Of a stretch of DNA of 64,000 bases, positions 1-12,335 are shown in pieces. The stretch is from Vicugna vicugna (lineage: Eukaryota). The translations under genes were made by a program, and so were the position numbers. Positions within the stretch are counted from its first letter, which is position 1. Each line of letters opens with the position of its first letter. The notes beneath the pieces were generated by a model that was not told the origin of the DNA, searched no databases, and was given only the letters and a program-made list of their open reading frames with translations. The stretch is from contig MU058636.1 of assembly GCA_013265495.1 (NCBI GenBank), forward strand, positions 372,001 to 436,000, read 5' to 3'.

Positions 1-742
1 AGAAGTACAGACCTCTGTGGGAGGTGGAGGGTGGCAAGGAAAGAAGTCATTTCAGGGCTCTGTTCAGAGTGTGAGATCTCATCTGGGCTGGAGGCCACAT
101 GTGAGCGCTACCTCAGGACAGTCTGATTGTTTCCCTGGAAACACAGTTTATCCTGTGTGAGTAGTCGGAACACCTCACTGCGTCTACCCAGACTCCCCAT
201 GCTTCACCAGAAATAGATGTTTTTATGTGCGCCAAAATGAAAAGGTTGAATTTTGCCAAAGTGGAAAGGAAAACATAGATAACCTATTACGTGATTATTT
301 GACATCATATATATATACTCTTTCTAGAAAATAGTTATTTTGTATTTGACTTGACGGAACAATGAACTCTTTAGTAGGGGGCTCAAAACCTCTTACTGGC
401 AGAGCCATTCAGTAGGAAACCCAATCTGACCAGACTCCCAAACAGGAAAGCATCTTCTCTCCTGTAGTCTTGTGTTTGGGGAGGGATTTAGAAAACATCC
501 TACTCCTTTTTTTCGTTTTTCTTTTCCGAGTGCCTCGGTGATGGGACAGCGTCCTCTCTTTCTTCTCCTTTCTAGACAAAGAGAAACCTGCCCGGATCAC
601 TTCCAGGGGCTCCTGGCTAGTTTCCCTTGAGCGCTCCCAGCCCAGTATCTGTTGGGTCAGACTCATCTTTTAATTTTTTTAATTTTAATTTTTTTGTGGG
701 GGGAGAGACACAGTTTAAACTGTATTTGTAATGTTTTAGTTC

Positions 743-1304
743 TTTTTTATTGAAGTATAGTTGATTCATAATGTTGTGTTAGCTTCTGGTGTACAACATA
801 GTGATTCTACTGTACACACATATATGTTCTTTGTCGTATTCTTTTCATTATAGGCTATTACAAGGTATTGCATATAATTCCCTGTACTCTACAGTAGGAC
901 CTTGTTGTGTATCTGTTTTATATGTAGTAGTTTGTATCTGCTAATCCCAAACTCCTAATTTATCCCTACCCCTCTTTTCCCCCCGGTAAACATAAGTTTG
1001 TTCTCTATGTCTGTGAGTCTGTAAGTAAATTCATTTGTGTCATGTACATAGATTCCACATATAAGTGGTATCATATGATATCTGTCTTTTTCTGTCTGAC
1101 TTACTTCACTTTGTATGATAATCTCTAGGTCCATCCATGTTGCTGCAAATGGCATTATTTCATTCTTTTTATGACTGAGTAGTATTCCATTGTATAGATA
1201 TACCACATGGACATTTGGGTTGTTTTTGTGTCTTTGCTATTGTAAATAGTGCTGCTATGAATAGTGGGCTGCATGTATCTTTTTTGAATTAGAGTTTTCT
1301 TCTG
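743..1304 (-). mobile_element. L1 3' fragment (ORF2 tail plus 3'UTR)
   Basis: ORF 955-1206 encodes the ORF2 C-terminal-like NEIMPFAATWMDLEIII; typical 3'UTR ttttttattgaagtatagttg. Confidence 0.9.
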
Positions 1305-1357
1305 GTGAGACTCTTTTTAAAAACTCTTCTACCAGGGCATCCACTTAGTCTAGAAAT

Positions 1358-1532
1358 CTGCTGCCCATGCCAGTTGCCACCAGCCACATGTGGTGGTTTA
1401 AATTAAGTTAAATGAAATGGAAATGTTAGTAACCTTGTTGCTCTGGCTGCATATCAGGTGGTCACTTACCACACATGGATAGTAGAGAGGAGCATTTCCA
1501 TCATCACAGAAAGTTCTACTGAAGTGATGCTG
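1358..1532 (-). mobile_element. MER3-like hAT-Charlie MITE
   Basis: ccagccacatgtgg and catttccatcatcacagaaagttctact resemble the recalled MER3 consensus. Confidence 0.7.
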
Positions 1533-2859
1533 GTCTAACATTCATAACAGTTGTCTGTTTTTTAAAGACTTTACATGTAAACTCCCCAGCCTGGCTTCTG
1601 ACCCCCACCACAGTCTTGCTCTCTGTACAGATTGAATATGACTTATTAGAAGGTGGTCAGGAAAATTCCTGGGCTGGGGCTCATAGGAGACCTGGTGGAA
1701 GAGGAGGGGCCTTACATTCCTTTTTCAAGAGTGAAGGGTACTCCAACAGGCAGGAGGTGGTAGAGGACGGTTCTGGGGAAAAGTGCGAGTGTGCAGATGA
1801 GTCTAGGAGGCATAGAACGGCTCGGTCTGGTTGAGTGTAAAGGAGGAAGGGGCAACAGAAGAGATGGATTCCTTGTTTTTCGTTCCTTGTTAGGGTTTAA
1901 TATAGGAAAGTGTCTTCTCATGGTCCCTAGTTTACATTTGAGTTCAACTATCTTCAACCTGCTCTGTCCTCAAAAAGAGAACGGGAAAGAGTTCATCCAA
2001 TAACTGCCAAGAGGGTGGGAACAAGGATGTTGGTGGATAACGTGTGCTTCAGAAGGAAGAGAGATGCTGATGGGAGTGGAAGTGGTCCAGAGATCCTGGA
2101 AGGAGCACCATGGCAATGATCGGTGCCCAGGAGGGAGGGAGGGGGAAGGACACAGAAAATTCCACAGAGGGTACAGGGCAAGTGGTATCTTCAGAGAGTG
2201 GCAGATTTTGGTGATGACCGTATGCAGGAATGCTGGATGTTTAAGAGGAATGGATGGGAGATGACCTAGGGCAGCTCAGGTGTGCTGGGATGCGGTGGAT
2301 GGGGTTGGAGAGGCACGCGGAGTGCGAGGTGGCAGGAACTGGCCTTCAGCCCTGTGCCCCTCTTACCCGCACAGCACCTGTGACTGGTGAACTGCTGTCA
2401 GTCATTTGCTGGCTGTGTAAGGTTGGGCTCACCGTGCTGTCGTCATGGAGTATCATGCTACATAGACATCCACGCCTGGGTGGTAATTTTAGCAGTGATG
2501 GAGGAGGTTGGGGAGAAGAACAGAGGGTGCTTAGTGATCGGGCCGGCGGCTGGTGGAGGATGTGGCCAGGAGTATTGTTGAGCTGATGGAGTTAAGCCCC
2601 CGGGAAACTGCCGAGCTCACCGAATTACCCAGATCCAAAGTTCCAAAGCGGTGGTTGCTGGTTCAGCCTTGGCATTTCCCTGCGGGCGCTGGCTCTGGTC
2701 TGGGAGCAGTGCCTGGGGGCGGGCTGCTTCTGTGGCCGGAGGGCAGGGCTGCTGGACCCGAGTCCCTGGAAGACGGCTGCCAGGTGGTGGCTGGCTCTTG
2801 GGCAGGTGTTTTCTGCATGACCTGGAATCAGAAGTATTCTTTGGGATGATGTCATTGGC

Positions 2860-3095
2860 AGCAGTGTGGCTGTGGGGCTCTGTCCCTAGAATCCAAGCCG
2901 GGGTAGAGTTCTCTCTTTGCCTCCCCTTTCTCTGGGACCTTGCTCAGGTCATTGACTCTCCCGGGCCATTTCCTCTTCACAAAAGAGAATGATACTTGCT
3001 CTCGCCACTGCTGCAGGCCGGCCGATGTGGGCATGAGAAGAGATTCATGTGGGAGCGTTTTATAAGCTGTAAAACACTGTGAAAATGCACATTGT
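2860..3095 (+). mobile_element. MIR/MIR3-like SINE fossil
   Basis: Degenerate core (gaccttgctcaggtcattgactctc...tttcctcttcacaaaagagaatgata) and MIR3-like tail aagctgtaaaacactgtgaaaatg. Confidence 0.5.
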
Positions 3096-3159
3096 CCATA
3101 AGTTGGATTGCAGGGGTGGAAACTGGAGGAGGGAGCCCGGTGAAGATGTCTTTGCAATA

Positions 3160-3560
3160 ATCAGTGAATGAATGAGGACATGAGTCACCCGGCTCTGGTA
3201 ATGGAAAAAGGTAGACAACGGTGGATAGTTCTCGAGTCAGAATTTTAAAGTTGCACTTGGAAATCAGTTAAGCCATGGGAGGATGAAAGAGAGGGAAGGG
3301 TTAGGGAAGATACCAGGATTCTAGTTTGAGTGACTGAGAGCATGGCGGTGAAATGAACTGGTATCGAACAGCCCTGCTGGGAAGGACTGGACACTGACGA
3401 AGGCCTTTGCCATGGGCTTGCTGGGTTCCAGGCGCTCTGGGAACATTCAGCTGATGGGAGGAGATGCCTTGCTGTAAGCACAGGGGGAAATTCAGGCTGG
3501 GGTTGGGTCCCAACCACCAAAAGCCGAGTTGGCGAATTTGGAATCAAACGCTGTCACCAA
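3160..3560 (-). mobile_element. L2 fossil fragment
   Basis: tgaatgaatga end motif and purine-rich L2-like text (gaagataccaggattctagtttgagtgactgagagcatggcggtg). Confidence 0.5.
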
Positions 3561-4760
3561 AGAGAGGCCAGGGACCGGACCGACTCCTGGGGAGATGATG
3601 CCACTCCTCTTCCCCTGGGGCCCGGGCTTCCTGGGCGCACGTGTCGCTCCTCTGCTGCCTGGCCTGCGTCACTCACCGCGCTGAGTGCTGCGCCGCCGGC
3701 GTGTTCAGGTCCCCGTCGCGCTCTCAAGTCCGGGCGGGCGGTTATGTTCATTTCGGGGACCATGGGATCTTAAACCTAAGTTAAATAACTAGTAGCCCGC
3801 AGTTAAGTGTTTGCACATTTCCTTCGGGATGAACGAAGGCTCTGGATCTCAAGTGGTGATTGTGAGGGAAGGTCCGGAGAGGACTGGGGCAGAGTCGCCG
3901 TCAAGGGACAGGAAATGAGACCAGTTGATACTGTTAGTGTCGTTCTCCTCTGAGGCTCTACAGATGGATTGTGTGGGTTCAGAACAGAGTGTGGATTAGG
4001 AAAAGCAGAAATACAGACGGTCACGGGGATTAGGACAGGCAGGAGCTGGAAGCAGGGGCCCTGCGGATGCCATCAGTTGAAACGCAGTCCCCCTGGAGAG
4101 GGGGACCGGGCGGGGCCGTGTCCTCGCGAGAATAGAAGAGCGCGTGTGCTCGTGCCCAGCGCGGGCGCGGGCTGGAGCGCGTGCGCGGAGTGTGGCCGCG
4201 GCCCCCGGCTGCTGGCTGCCGCGGCAGGTAGGGGGGCTGGGAGGCGTCCCCTTCGGGGTGCTGAGGGGCCGCGGCCCTGCTGACACCTTGCGTTCAGGCA
4301 TCCAGCCCCGAGAAGCCCGAGAGTGCCCTTCCATTGTCTGCGCCCCGCCGGGGCTCCCTGTGGCAGCCCGGGAAGGGGTAGCGGCTCAAGGGACGGAGGC
4401 CAAGGCCCCCCGAGCCGCGGACCCGCGCGCCAGGCTCGGGTGTGGGAGGCGGGAAGGAACGCGGCGCGCCGGCAGCTCCAGGCGTGGCGAGGGCCGGCCG
4501 CCCGCGGCCGCGGCCCGAGAAGCGCTCTGCGCCCGGCTCTCTGAAAGGAAGGTAAGGGGCTTCCTCCAGCATCACAAAGCCATCGTTTCCCTTCACGGCC
4601 TGCCCGTCTCTGCCGTCAGGGCCTTGGGAGTCCCGGCGTGTGGGTTTGTGGGTGGTGGGTTTCCTTCACAGCTTTTATCCGATCTGATGGGTCCACCGTG
4701 CGGACGGCTCCCTGGTGATTGTCGCCTCAGACGGTGCCGTCGACCAGCCTCGGGACGTTT
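3560..4760. promoter_or_regulatory. Intragenic CpG island with promoter-type motifs
   Basis: Dense CpG/GC run (e.g. cccgcggccgcggccc at 4501). GC box GGGCGGGG 4108-4115, CCTCGCGAGA 4122-4131, GCGCGTGCGC 4177-4186, + strand splice donors at 4228 and 4552. Boundaries approximate. Confidence 0.75.
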
Positions 4761-7182
4761 TTCTGACGAGAGGGAAACAGTTGGGTTTGAAGTGACTGAT
4801 TCCTTTTGCAACAGCCTCCGGGAAAACTGGGAATTCTAGACTGGCTTTCTGGAGAAAAGAGTTTTTGAAGGTTAGGAAACTGTTTTCAGAAAAAAATAAA
4901 AATAAAAACAAAGGTCTGAGTCCAGGCAACTGGATGAACCAAAATGGAGGGCCTGGGGGTGGCAAGAGGCCCTGCAGTTTCGTCACCTTTGTCCGCCGTG
5001 GTCCCAGATGCAGGAGAACCAGCGTCTTTAATCTGTTTTCCCGGAGCTGCATTGGAAGGTGAGCCTGGGCTCGGTGCCGATGGTTTTAGAAGGTTCTTCC
5101 CATATTGGCTGCGGAGTGAAATGGTGTTTCCTTTAACGTCTCCACACTCGTGGTTCTTCCGGAGATTGACTAGTGTGTGGTGCTGGGGACAGCAGCACAT
5201 GCTGGCGGCCGTGGCCTTGGGCAGTGGCCCCTCTGTTCCGTACAGGGCAGGGGAAGGAGGCCAGCAGGGAGCCCTTCTTGTGGTTTCCAGGGCAGTTCCA
5301 GGAGCGGCCGTTTCTCCCCAGGGGAAAGGAGATGTGCGCCGGTAGGCAGTGTGGACAGGCCTGCTTCCCCGCCGTAGACACAGCCGTTTCATTCTTTCTC
5401 CCCCCCACTCCTCCCCTTACTAAAACAATGCTCCCGGCCCTTTGAGAACACCTCAAAGTGATTTACTTGCTGAAAATGTGTGAAAACAGTGATCTGTCAG
5501 GGAGACAAGGAGAACCCCAGTGGTCTTTTCGTTCTGTGTCCTCTTAGAATGGAGAGGAGCAGAGGAGAGCTTTGGGCTGCCCCTGGGGACGTGGTCTGGG
5601 TGGCCCTCTCCCTGGTCGGAGGGTGAGTCCTGACCAAGTGAAGACACCTGACCATGATCCAGGCCAAAAGAGCACTCTGGTCCTTGGCTGAAGTGCACAA
5701 GAAAAACATGTCAAGTGCATGTCAGTCTCTGCGCAGGGCTCTCTGGGCATAACGACACCCGAAGGAAAGCTGGATTTGGGGAAAAAAACAAACTGTGATT
5801 ACTGTTCTTTGTCATTTAGACTGCTCAAGTAAGAAGGGCCATTGCGGTTTTAGTGAAGGTGTAGGAAGCTTCGGGGAAGGGCTGCTCTCAGCAGCCACAC
5901 TGCTTTCCCAAGTCTGCTTTCCTCGGCTTCCGCCCTCCCTTGCGAGTCCTGTGGTTCCCTGGACCCTCCCTCCACCCCTGTCCAGAACCTTGAGTTTTGA
6001 GGGATGTGACCGGAGAGGCTGGCCCGCCTGGCCCGCTCCTCGGCCGCTGTTGCCCTTAGTTGTGTTGCTGCTTTACTTGGCCCCAGTTCTCTCCATCTGC
6101 CGTGAAAACCCTTACAACTCATCCACGCGTGCTTCCCCCCTTCTTTAGTGGGGTTGCTCTCTGTCTGTGGGGTGCACTGCTGGGGAGGGGCCGTGCCCGC
6201 TGCTCACGTCCTTCAGAAGGCCACCCCCCGGAGAGTTTCTGCGGGGAGACCGATCGTGTTACACCCCAAGGATTGTTGAACTCGGCGGGTTCTGGGCTGC
6301 AGGCTGTGTCCCCCGAGTCCCTGGGCTTTGAGGCCTGCTCTGAGGATGCACGTGTGTGTGTTGGCTTACAGCAGCGATGAAGCGTTCCCCCTTTGGTGGA
6401 TGGTGACTTAGGGACTATGAGGCGGTGCTCTTACCAGCCTGCTGTCCAGGCCACTGTCTTCTGGCTGTTTTCCCGTGTATCAACGACTCCCTTATACCTA
6501 ATAGTCTCACCTTGGATTTTAAAGAAGACATTCTAAGTGCAGCTAGAGAGAGACTGTGGTCGTTTGTCTGAAAGATTCCTACTAATGGAAACCAGGCAAC
6601 GAACAGAAGCCAAACATGCAGTTGATCTCTACTGACTTTGAATAGGACACAGAGACCAGACCATGAGCAGAGAGAGGGTGTGCTAATACCACAGTGTGAG
6701 GTGATTTTAGTAACGGTGCACAGGGTAAACAGACGAGGAAGCCCGCGAGGAGGGAGGCTGCGTGAATGTGCTGCCCTTGGACGTGAAGCTGTGGCAGCTG
6801 CCGCATCCAAGGTGAGGTTCTGGTGGAGAGTGTGGGTGATCAATTTCTACTCATTCTCCGAGTCAGCCCTTTCTCTGGACTGTGGTTGGTCCTTTGGGTT
6901 GTATGTCTTCTAGATGTATAAGATTCTCAACATGCTTAATTTGGGAGAAGAGTAATGCACTTCTGCTGGATGGAATGTGTACTTCTGCGTGCATACTGGT
7001 GGGTGGGACAGGCCCTTTCCTGTTGGCCGCAGACCCCACCACTCCTTAATGTCACAGTCATATCTTTATTACCTGCCTGGTGCCCTGAGGTCATTTATCT
7101 ATATGGTACCCAAAGTGCATTTTCAAATTCTTCCCCAAACAGAAGCAAACAGACAATGAGGCAGACTTCTATTAGATTTATT

Positions 7183-7490
7183 CAGTTGACCCTTGAGCAA
7201 CGCAGGGGTTAGGGGGCACCCAGCCCTGTGCTGTTGAAAATCCGTATCCTATCTTGATCTCAAAAACAAAGGAATTGCTGATTCATTCAAGGGCTGATAG
7301 TGGAAACATTTTGGGTAGAATCAGGTCGTAAACACTAGTTCTTTTGATTTCACATATTGTGATCAAACACAAACTTTCCCCCATACCTAGTTAAAAGTCT
7401 GTAAAATGAAAATGCAGGCACTTTATTTACTGCAAAAAATCTGCATGTGAGTGGACCCACCCAAAACCCGTGTCATTCAAGGGTCAGCTG
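7183..7490 (+). mobile_element. Tigger2/MER8-like TcMar MITE
   Basis: Terminal inverted repeats cagttgacccttga (7183) and tcaagggtcagctg (ends 7490), with Tigger2-like subterminal sequence. Confidence 0.8.
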
Positions 7491-9132
7491 CATTCGTATT
7501 TGTCTCGCCCACTGTCTTCTGACAGTGGTTTAAAACGAACAGCGGAACACTCAAAATTCTTGAGAGGAAGTAAAACTGCTAAAGAATCAAGTAAGAAGGC
7601 TTAGGGCCAGGATTATGTCTTAACCGCCTAATTAGCCCTTAAATTGGTAACACTGATCTTAGTGGCTGAGCTGAGCAGAGTAGGAAGCATGTATGTTTCA
7701 TGTTTAGTGAGTGAACAGTTCTGATACTGAATGATTCTGGCTTCACCTTTTTCGATCTTCCTGGAAACATTTTTGCTCCTGGGTTTCCCCTGTACCCAAA
7801 TGTCACTAAATTAACACAGGCCTTGGAAACGCCTGAGAAGCCCTCTCCGTTTCACACACTCCTCTTGAACGTGTTGATGTTGGCTGAGCTGAAGCCGGAG
7901 CCTGGGCGCCTGCGACCTGATTGACACCCCCGTGTGTGCTGCTCTGTGGTCGTGGGCCTTCTTCTGGAAAGGCCGTATCAAGTTCGTCCACTGTTGTGAA
8001 TGAAAATAATCAGCAGGCGAAAGCATATAATTAGAGACCTCTCGGTATATTTATTTCTGTGTCTCAAGAATTCTGATTTAAAGCAGACATTATTTCAAGG
8101 AACGTTAACAGTAGGTCGTTCAGGAGTCTTGGATGAATCAATGTTTTCTTCCCTTCTCTCCGAGAAAATCTATTTAAAGCAAAGGTCAGATCTGTGCTGG
8201 ATTTAGAACCTGTTACACGTGAGTCTGGAAAACAGAGCTGCTTCTCTTTTTTTCCCTTCTCTACATAGTTTCAAGCATTAGGGACACTCTGGTCTCCTGC
8301 AAATCATCATTTCCCACTTATTTCTGGTGTTTGTAATTTTTTCTTCTGTTCCAGGGTATAGAATATAACCTGTAGCATAGATACATAGCGAATCTGCACC
8401 CTTGTGAGTCTGTGGGCTTATTAAATTCAGGAATAACTCAAATCTTTACGAGTTGTCTTGGAGGAGTTTATTAGGCTTCAAGCTACATCTGAGAAGGTTG
8501 TGTCAGTGCACCTCATTTAATGAACATGCTCAAAAATTGAACTCCTTGTCTGCCCTTCCTCCGCTTTCCTCCTTCCTCCGGCCTTCTCCACCTCCACCAG
8601 GGCCGTCCAGCTGTTGTTGAGGTTGACAGCCCCTCCCCTGGCCTCACGTTGCTATCCAGCTCTGTGGTTCTGTCCTGAAATGTCTTCAACTGCGGCATCT
8701 CCCCAGGCAGGCCTTGCCATGTGTGTGGAACAGAGCTCCTTGGACTGAGCCCTGAATCATTTTTCTTACATGATTCAGAAATTCACCTTTCTCCACCCAA
8801 GGCCTTTCCCTCTCGCCCCAAGCCCAGCTCTCCAGAGCTCGTCTAGGGTCCTGCCCAGATGCTGACAGGTGAGGACAGGTGTCCAGCTGCAGTTCCTTTG
8901 CAGGCTTGATGCTTCTTTGCCGGAGCTTCCTTTGTCCATCCCTGACCTCTGCTACATTTTCTGGTATTACATCTTCCTCTTTTACTTCTCTTTAAAGGTT
9001 GATAATTATAAACTAAGCTCTGTTAATTTTAGTAGTATTCTCTTGCTCCTTGCCTCTCCCCTGTTAGAATCTCTCTCTCTTTCATTTATTACATTCTTCT
9101 TTTCACAGCCTTCTATTGTAGCGCTTATCCTG

Positions 9133-10214
9133 TTTTTTTTTAAATTGGAGTGTAGTCGGTTTACAATGTTGTGTTTATTTCTGGTGTACAGTATAGTGTT
9201 TCAGATATACATATCTATATATATTCCTTTTCATATTCTTTTTCATTATAAGCTATTACTGCTGCAGCAAAGTGTGTTACAGCTCAGTGTTATAGCTCAA
9301 TTGTGACAGCAACCTGGATCCGGACGAGAGACCAAGCAGCACTCAGAGGGTTGGAGAACTCAGGTTTATTATGTCAGCAGGCCCAGAGGAGTTAGTACTC
9401 GAAGCTGTGGACCCTGTCTGTAGGTTTACATAGCCTTTTATAGGCTGCCAGTCTAGACTTTGCAAATTTTGTAACATCATATGCAAATGAGGTATAACAA
9501 AGGTGACTAATTAGGAACAAACTTTGTAGAAATGGACCAATCAGGAATGAGGGAAATGGACCAATCAGGAGTGAGCTCCATTCAAATGAAGCACTACAAA
9601 CAGTCAGGAGTTAGCTCAGGGAACCAGTAGAATCTTAGGGGTAAGTTCCACTTTCCTAGAAGTAAGCCATTTCAGAGTTTAAAAAGTGAGGTAATGCCAC
9701 TGGGCCAGGGAAGTGGATGGTACCAGCAGGAGAGTAGTGGCTCTGCCTGGGGGTCCTGCCGATCTTTTTCATGGTGCTTCCCATCTCATTACAAGGTATT
9801 GAATAGAGTTCCCCGTGCTCTACAGTAGGACTTTGTTGTGTATCTATTTTATATATAGTTGTGTGTATCTGCAAATCCCAAACTCCCCATTTATCCCTCC
9901 CCCTTTATTCCCCGCTAGTGACCGTAAGTTTGTTTTCTATGTTTATGAGTCTTTCTGTTTTGTAAATAAGTTCATTTGTGTAATTTTTTTAGATTCCACA
10001 TATAAGTGATATCACATGGTATTTTTCTTTCTCTTTCTGGCTTGCTTCACTTAGTATGACGATCTCCAGGTCCATCCATGTTGCTGCAAATGACGTTATT
10101 TCCTTCTTTTTTATGGCTAAATGGTATTCCATCATATAAATACACCACAGCTTCTTTATCCAGTTATCTGTGGATGGGCATTTAGGTTGCTTCCATGTCT
10201 TGGCTGCTATAAAT
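9133..10214 (-). mobile_element. L1 3' fragment interrupted by the solo LTR
   Basis: L1 3'UTR text resumes exactly after the LTR. Degenerate TSD gcgcttatcctgtttt (9121-9136) / gcacttactctgtttt (10215-10230). Confidence 0.88.
9260..9788 (-). mobile_element. Solo ERV LTR (class I/ERV1-like, 4-bp TSD), copy 1
   Basis: TG...CA ends. TSD ttac at 9256-9259 and 9789-9792, duplicating a single ttac of the host L1 3'UTR. Minus-strand TATAAAA (9436-9442) and AATAAA (9365-9370), tandem CCAAT boxes. Confidence 0.9.
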
Positions 10215-10394
10215 GCACTTACTCTGTTTTATTTTCATTCCTGTGTCCCTGGTAGAAAGTGAGTTTCTGAGTTTCCTGAAGATGGGGAGGTGAGAAGTAT
10301 TTATCCCCAGTACTTTCTTTGAGCATCACCTATGAGTAACAGCATAGTGTTTGTTGAATAGAATTTATTAAGGTTTACAAAAATGGTTTCTGAT

Positions 10395-10522
10395 ACATAT
10401 ATTCATATATATGTGAACATTTGGTATAATACATAGTGTATATGTAGTATATAAATATTTTATATATTATACTTTATATGTTATATATGTAGTATATATA
10501 ATATATAGGATATATGTATATT
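10395..10522. repeat. AT-rich (TA)n-like low-complexity tract
   Basis: Visible tatata-rich run. Confidence 0.7.
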
Positions 10523-12335
10523 TTTTTCTCAGAATAACTTTTCATCTCTTCTCTCAAGCTTTTAGTACTGAGGCTTGGGACCCCTCCCCCTCAAATATGT
10601 ATACAAAGAAAGAAGCTCTTATAGGCACATGAGAAGTTACTAACCACACTGAAAATGCCACCTTATTCAAAGTTTTAAATAGTTAAGCTGACATTTTATT
10701 TTTCCCTATAGAAATGCTGGCCATCTGGAAATCTGTGTGTGTATGTGTGTGTAAGTGTTAGGGGTGATGTCTCTGCAGAAAGCTATTTAAGAAACTTCAG
10801 GAAACATTCATTCCTCTGGATCCTTTGGGAGTTTTAAATCTGGGAATTTGTACGTTCCCCCAGAATTACCAGTTTAATTTTAGGGGGTAAACCTTCATCA
10901 CTTAGGGGGAATAAGGAATCTGGCACCTCATCCAGACACGACAGCCCAGGACAGAAGCCGGGCAGCGCCGTTGTGGGGGCCTGTCTCTGTGCCAGTCTCA
11001 TCCTCCTAGAGATGAAAGAAGACAGTGCTCCTTAAGATGAGAGGGCCCGGCTTGGGCCTGTGGGGCCAGGAACGTGCTAGGAGTGTTTGAGGTAGATCAG
11101 TGCCCCCAGACCAGGGAGCCATGGCCGGCCCTAGTCATGTGATTCCCACTTCCAGGGGTGAGGGGGTGGGAGGACAGAGCAGCACTGCCCAGGACCAGGG
11201 CTGCTGGTGCCGGGGCAGGGGGGGCAGGGAGGGTGGGCAGGGCGGGGAGACGGCACGGCCAGCTGTGTCCGTCAGGCGCAGCTGGCGCTGGCCGGGCGGG
11301 AACATGGGCCCATGGCTCCCAGATAGTGTAGGTTTCCAGGATCAACTGGAAGTCAGGGTTTTCATGTGAAATCTCCTGGTTTTAACATTTGGGCTAAAAA
11401 AGTTTGGTTTGGGGATTTTTTTTTCTATTACATTTTTTTAAGGTTTGATGCATAACTAACCTAAAATCAAACTGTCGATTGTGTTTCTTGGCCACTCACA
11501 TCTTCTGTCAGAACATTTTGTCCAGATAAGCGTAAACTGTTGTCGTTCTGCCTGTAAGTCAGTGTGTTTTCACGACCGAGGTCCCTGGTGTCCAGGCTCT
11601 GGGGGACCCCTGCCTCCTGACCCCAGCACCCACACCACGAACGTGCCTCACGCCCATTGGCCAGCTGACCGTCCGGTCCCCGGGGGAGTTGGGCCTGGGG
11701 TCCTGGCCGTGTCTCAGTCGCGTTCCTCACTTGCTCACCGAACGTGTGGGTGTTCCGCTGAGCTGACGTCACCAGGACTTTAAACACTGCCATCGAGGGC
11801 CCTTGTCCCAAGATGGGGGGTGATGTGCGGAGGGGCCAGCATGAGCAGGGTGATTCTTGGGACGGGAGTGGTAGTTCTGGTGGGTGGGGGCTCGGGGAGG
11901 CCATGCTTTGTCATCCTGCCGCAGGCTGTGTGCTAGGTTTGCTCTGCTCACCTAGAAGGAGCAGCAAGAAAACTACCCAGTGATTTCTGTCTCTGCTCTC
12001 CGGCCAGCATTGATGGAGAGGGTGCACGGTCCACCAAGAACCAGCTGTGGATATCCCGTCAGAACTTTGCTGGCGGAACCGGCGCAGGGGCCGGGGTGGC
12101 TTCTGAGAGGCAGTGGCCCCAGAGCAATGCCAGAGAGGCTCCCTGGTCCCTGAGCACCCCAGCCAGCCTGCCCACCATGGTCTCCCAGGGAACAGTAGGT
12201 CCCTCTTAAACCAAAGACCCAACTCTCTCTTCCACAAAGTCACAGTCCACTCTCTTCCGTCCCCTACTCCCTGGCTATGCACGCCGCCCCCTGTCCTCCT
12301 GTTCCTCTCCCCAGGGATGGGCCCAGTCCACTCCC

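Noticed and set aside
4144..4839. 231-aa standalone protein-coding gene
   Set aside because: GTG start, Arg/Gly/Ala/Pro-rich composition typical of CpG-island frames, no recognisable domain.
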